Source of the DNA: Escherichia phage ECD7
Sequence record: NC_041936.1
DNA: 64,000 nucleotides
Strand: one strand, 5' to 3'
Of the stretch, positions 61,997-64,000 are shown piece by piece. The notes below the pieces were generated by a model. It was not told the DNA's origin. It searched no databases and saw nothing but the letters and a program-made list of their open reading frames with translations. The position numbers and the translations under genes are program-made. The first letter of the stretch is position 1. Each line of letters starts with the position of its first letter.

Positions 61997-62025
61997 AGTA
62001 TAGGGGATACGTGATCCCCTGTCAA
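61997..62025 (-). promoter_or_regulatory. promoter-leader cassette copy j (TTGACA, spacer ggggatcacgtatcccc, TATACT)
   Basis: -35 at 62020..62025, -10 at 61997..62002. Confidence 0.6.
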
Positions 62026-62038
62026 CAACTTTTTTGAA

Positions 62039-62515
62039 TTATTTTTCTTGATGCTCGCGCTCGTACTTTTCGAAATAAAATTCTACTGGCTGGTCATGAA
62101 TTGACAGCAAGCCAAAGCGTTTAGCCGCTCGCAATCCCATATTGCGCTGAATGTACTTCTGGAAGTTCTCGCGTATACACTTACGCCAGTATTCTAAGCC
62201 CATACAGCTTTTATAAAGATTGCATTGTACACACGCCGGATTCATGTTATCAAGTATATCATGTTCCGGTTTATGCATTCCTACAACCTTATACTTCCAC
62301 GACCCATCATCATTACGGGCAATTCGTCCATTTTCATCATAGACTACCTTTGAGCGTCGCAATACTGGTTTGATATGGTCTGCGTGCCAGCGATCCCCTA
62401 GTTCCTCGCCACAATAGGCACAACGCCCACCGTATTTCATTTTCAGGATCTGGCGTTGCTCTTTCTTTGACAATTTTTTAGGTTTAGGGGCTTTCGCCCC
62501 TTCATTATCACACAT
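62039..62515 (-). CDS. HNH endonuclease
   Basis: CAYCGEEL...WHADHIKP...NMNPACVQCN; 158 aa; start overlaps ligase stop by 8 nt. Confidence 0.7.
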   Translation of the reverse strand: MCDNEGAKAPKPKKLSKKEQRQILKMKYGGRCAYCGEELGDRWHADHIKPVLRRSKVVYDENGRIARNDDGSWKYKVVGMHKPEHDILDNMNPACVQCNLYKSCMGLEYWRKCIRENFQKYIQRNMGLRAAKRFGLLSIHDQPVEFYFEKYEREHQEK

Positions 62516-64000
62516 CGAATACCTCTTTTACTGTATTTGCAGTGGTCTTGTCGTAGCGAATACGTTTGATGATTGGGAGAAATAAAGAGAACTCCGGTTC
62601 ATCTTCTTTACGTGATTTGCTGCGGATATACCCGTTGCATGTCATCTCAATGACTTTTCCAATCAGGTTATGACGGTCAGTCCATAACATTTCTCGGTCG
62701 AGTTCATTTCGACGATCGAACGGAATTACACGTTCAGTACCATCATCACCTTTTTCGGTTGTAGTGTCGGTTAATCCCGATCCGGTGTTAGTCATCATTC
62801 GTCCGCACGCACTACGGACAGTAAAACCGCCTACCTTATTGGGGTCTTTACTATGCGGATATACATCAACAATTTCCGCGTCGAAGTCAATCACTTCTTT
62901 AAATTTAACCTGATCTTTACTACGGCGATCTTCAAATACACCATGTAAATTTTTAAGGATAATACCTTCTAAGCCCATGTTTACATAGCGATGATATACT
63001 TCGCGAGCTTCATCGATATTGTTAACTACAGTGTTTTCGATTATCTGAACACGAGGATCGTTAAGTTCTTCAACAATCTGTTTTAGCTCTTCGAATCGAT
63101 CTTTATATTGCTTCGTTGCTTTCTCGTTTCCGTAATACACATCACGGTCGATAACATCCCAGACAGTGTAAACAATACATTGGGCTTCTTCTTTTGGAAT
63201 AGTTCCTTTCAGTGATTTGTTGAGGATACCATTTCCGGTCTGACGATCTGCAACAACGGATTCTTTCACCGCTTCCGCTACTGGCGTTAATGGCATTTCC
63301 TCTTCTTCAAATATCCATGACAGAGTACCATCATAAACGCTCTCAACGAAGTTCTGCGCTGGTGTTTGCGAAAGGGTAGGCATATATACCAATTCGCCAT
63401 CTAGAACAATTCCACGGCCTCGTAGACTCTCTAAAACCGCAAACAAATCATCAAGCCCTTGATAGGTATTACCTGAACGGGTATAGATTGCTAATGTTTC
63501 CCCGTCAATATCAGCCATACCACGAGCGCCATCGCTTTTAAGTTGTGCATACGCCGGATATTTGATATTGGCAATGGTCTTATCAGAACATGACGATGCA
63601 AGGTGGCACGGCTGCTGGGGGATCAGTTTCTTCCATACCTTGTTTGCAGTGGTAGCGGAACAACCGCATTCCAGGTCACGATTCAGGACCATCATTGCAA
63701 CTTTAGCATCATCTTCTGACAAGCAAGTCAGAGTATCGGTAACTAGCTGTAATGCTGCATTACCAGTTACTTGACGTGTGGCAAGTTTATTTTTAAAGAC
63801 TTGTAATGCACCGGATAAAGACAATACAGACGAATAGCGCGATGGTTTATCGTATTTCTTTACGCCAAACGTAACCTGTTTGCAATATGCCAGATAAAAG
63901 CATTCTTTCAGTGTTTCATTGCTTGCAGATTCTTTCAGGATCTTTTCTTTCAGCGATGTTTTGTCTGTTGCTGCAAGCTGATTAATGATATTAAGAATTG
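62508..64000 (-). CDS. 30: ATP-dependent DNA ligase gp30, 5'-truncated by window end
   Basis: KxDGxR adenylation motif in QLKSDGARG; resembles T4 ligase (TGNAA, RDLECG, ASS); minus-strand frame open from 63825 to 64000 with no stop. Confidence 0.85.
   Translation of the reverse strand, partial: ILNIINQLAATDKTSLKEKILKESASNETLKECFYLAYCKQVTFGVKKYDKPSRYSSVLSLSGALQVFKNKLATRQVTGNAALQLVTDTLTCLSEDDAKVAMMVLNRDLECGCSATTANKVWKKLIPQQPCHLASSCSDKTIANIKYPAYAQLKSDGARGMADIDGETLAIYTRSGNTYQGLDDLFAVLESLRGRGIVLDGELVYMPTLSQTPAQNFVESVYDGTLSWIFEEEEMPLTPVAEAVKESVVADRQTGNGILNKSLKGTIPKEEAQCIVYTVWDVIDRDVYYGNEKATKQYKDRFEELKQIVEELNDPRVQIIENTVVNNIDEAREVYHRYVNMGLEGIILKNLHGVFEDRRSKDQVKFKEVIDFDAEIVDVYPHSKDPNKVGGFTVRSACGRMMTNTGSGLTDTTTEKGDDGTERVIPFDRRNELDREMLWTDRHNLIGKVIEMTCNGYIRSKSRKEDEPEFSLFLPIIKRIRYDKTTANTVKEVFDV

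Noticed and set aside
54821-62025. Repeated ~75-bp elements as a possible CRISPR array
   Set aside because: The units are separated by protein-coding genes of 170-1000 bp and contain full -35/-10 promoter elements and SD sequences; they are promoter cassettes.

Overview
This window is a T4-like (Tevenvirinae-type) myophage segment. It spans the late structural block in conserved T4 order: genes 4 and 2 (minus strand), then 53, 5, 5.1, 5.4, 6, 7, 8, 9, 10, 11, 12, wac, 13, 14, 15, 16, 17, 18, 19, 20, 67, 68, 21, 22, 23, 24, followed by hoc and an inh-like gene (minus), uvsW/uvsW.1, uvsY, 25 and 26 (minus), 51, 27, 28, 29, 48, 54, alt (minus), a ~8 kb region of about 25 small minus-strand early-type genes, and the 3' part of DNA ligase gene 30 at the window edge. 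All product calls rest on my reading of the translated ORFs against remembered T4 proteins, motifs and synteny; no database search was run. Departures from the T4 backbone are the main interest: (1) a 331-aa intein with a LAGLIDADG endonuclease domain splitting the Walker A P-loop of terminase gp17, with a class-3-like W/C/T signature; (2) a three-gene insert between genes 8 and 9 with its own consensus sigma70 promoter, ending in a gamma-class N6-adenine methyltransferase; (3) a GIY-YIG (Seg-like) homing endonuclease gene between 13 and 14; (4) a protein with three tandem Cys-rich repeats and a C-terminal GIY-YIG-like domain downstream of gene 2; (5) a fibritin with a C1q-like extension after the foldon; (6) gene 67 split by a frameshift at an A6 run; (7) ten copies of a promoter-leader cassette (TTGACA, 17-bp palindromic spacer often carrying two GATC sites, TATAAT, conserved leader) in the alt-to-30 region; (8) tandem paralogous small-gene families there, including a five-gene coupled operon encoding a C5-methyltransferase-like protein, a zinc-ribbon protein and a DUF262/ParB-like protein; (9) a second Alt-like ADP-ribosyltransferase coupled to a lipoprotein gene; (10) a DprA/Smf-like gene where T4 carries rnlB. 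No tRNA, rRNA or CRISPR array was seen.
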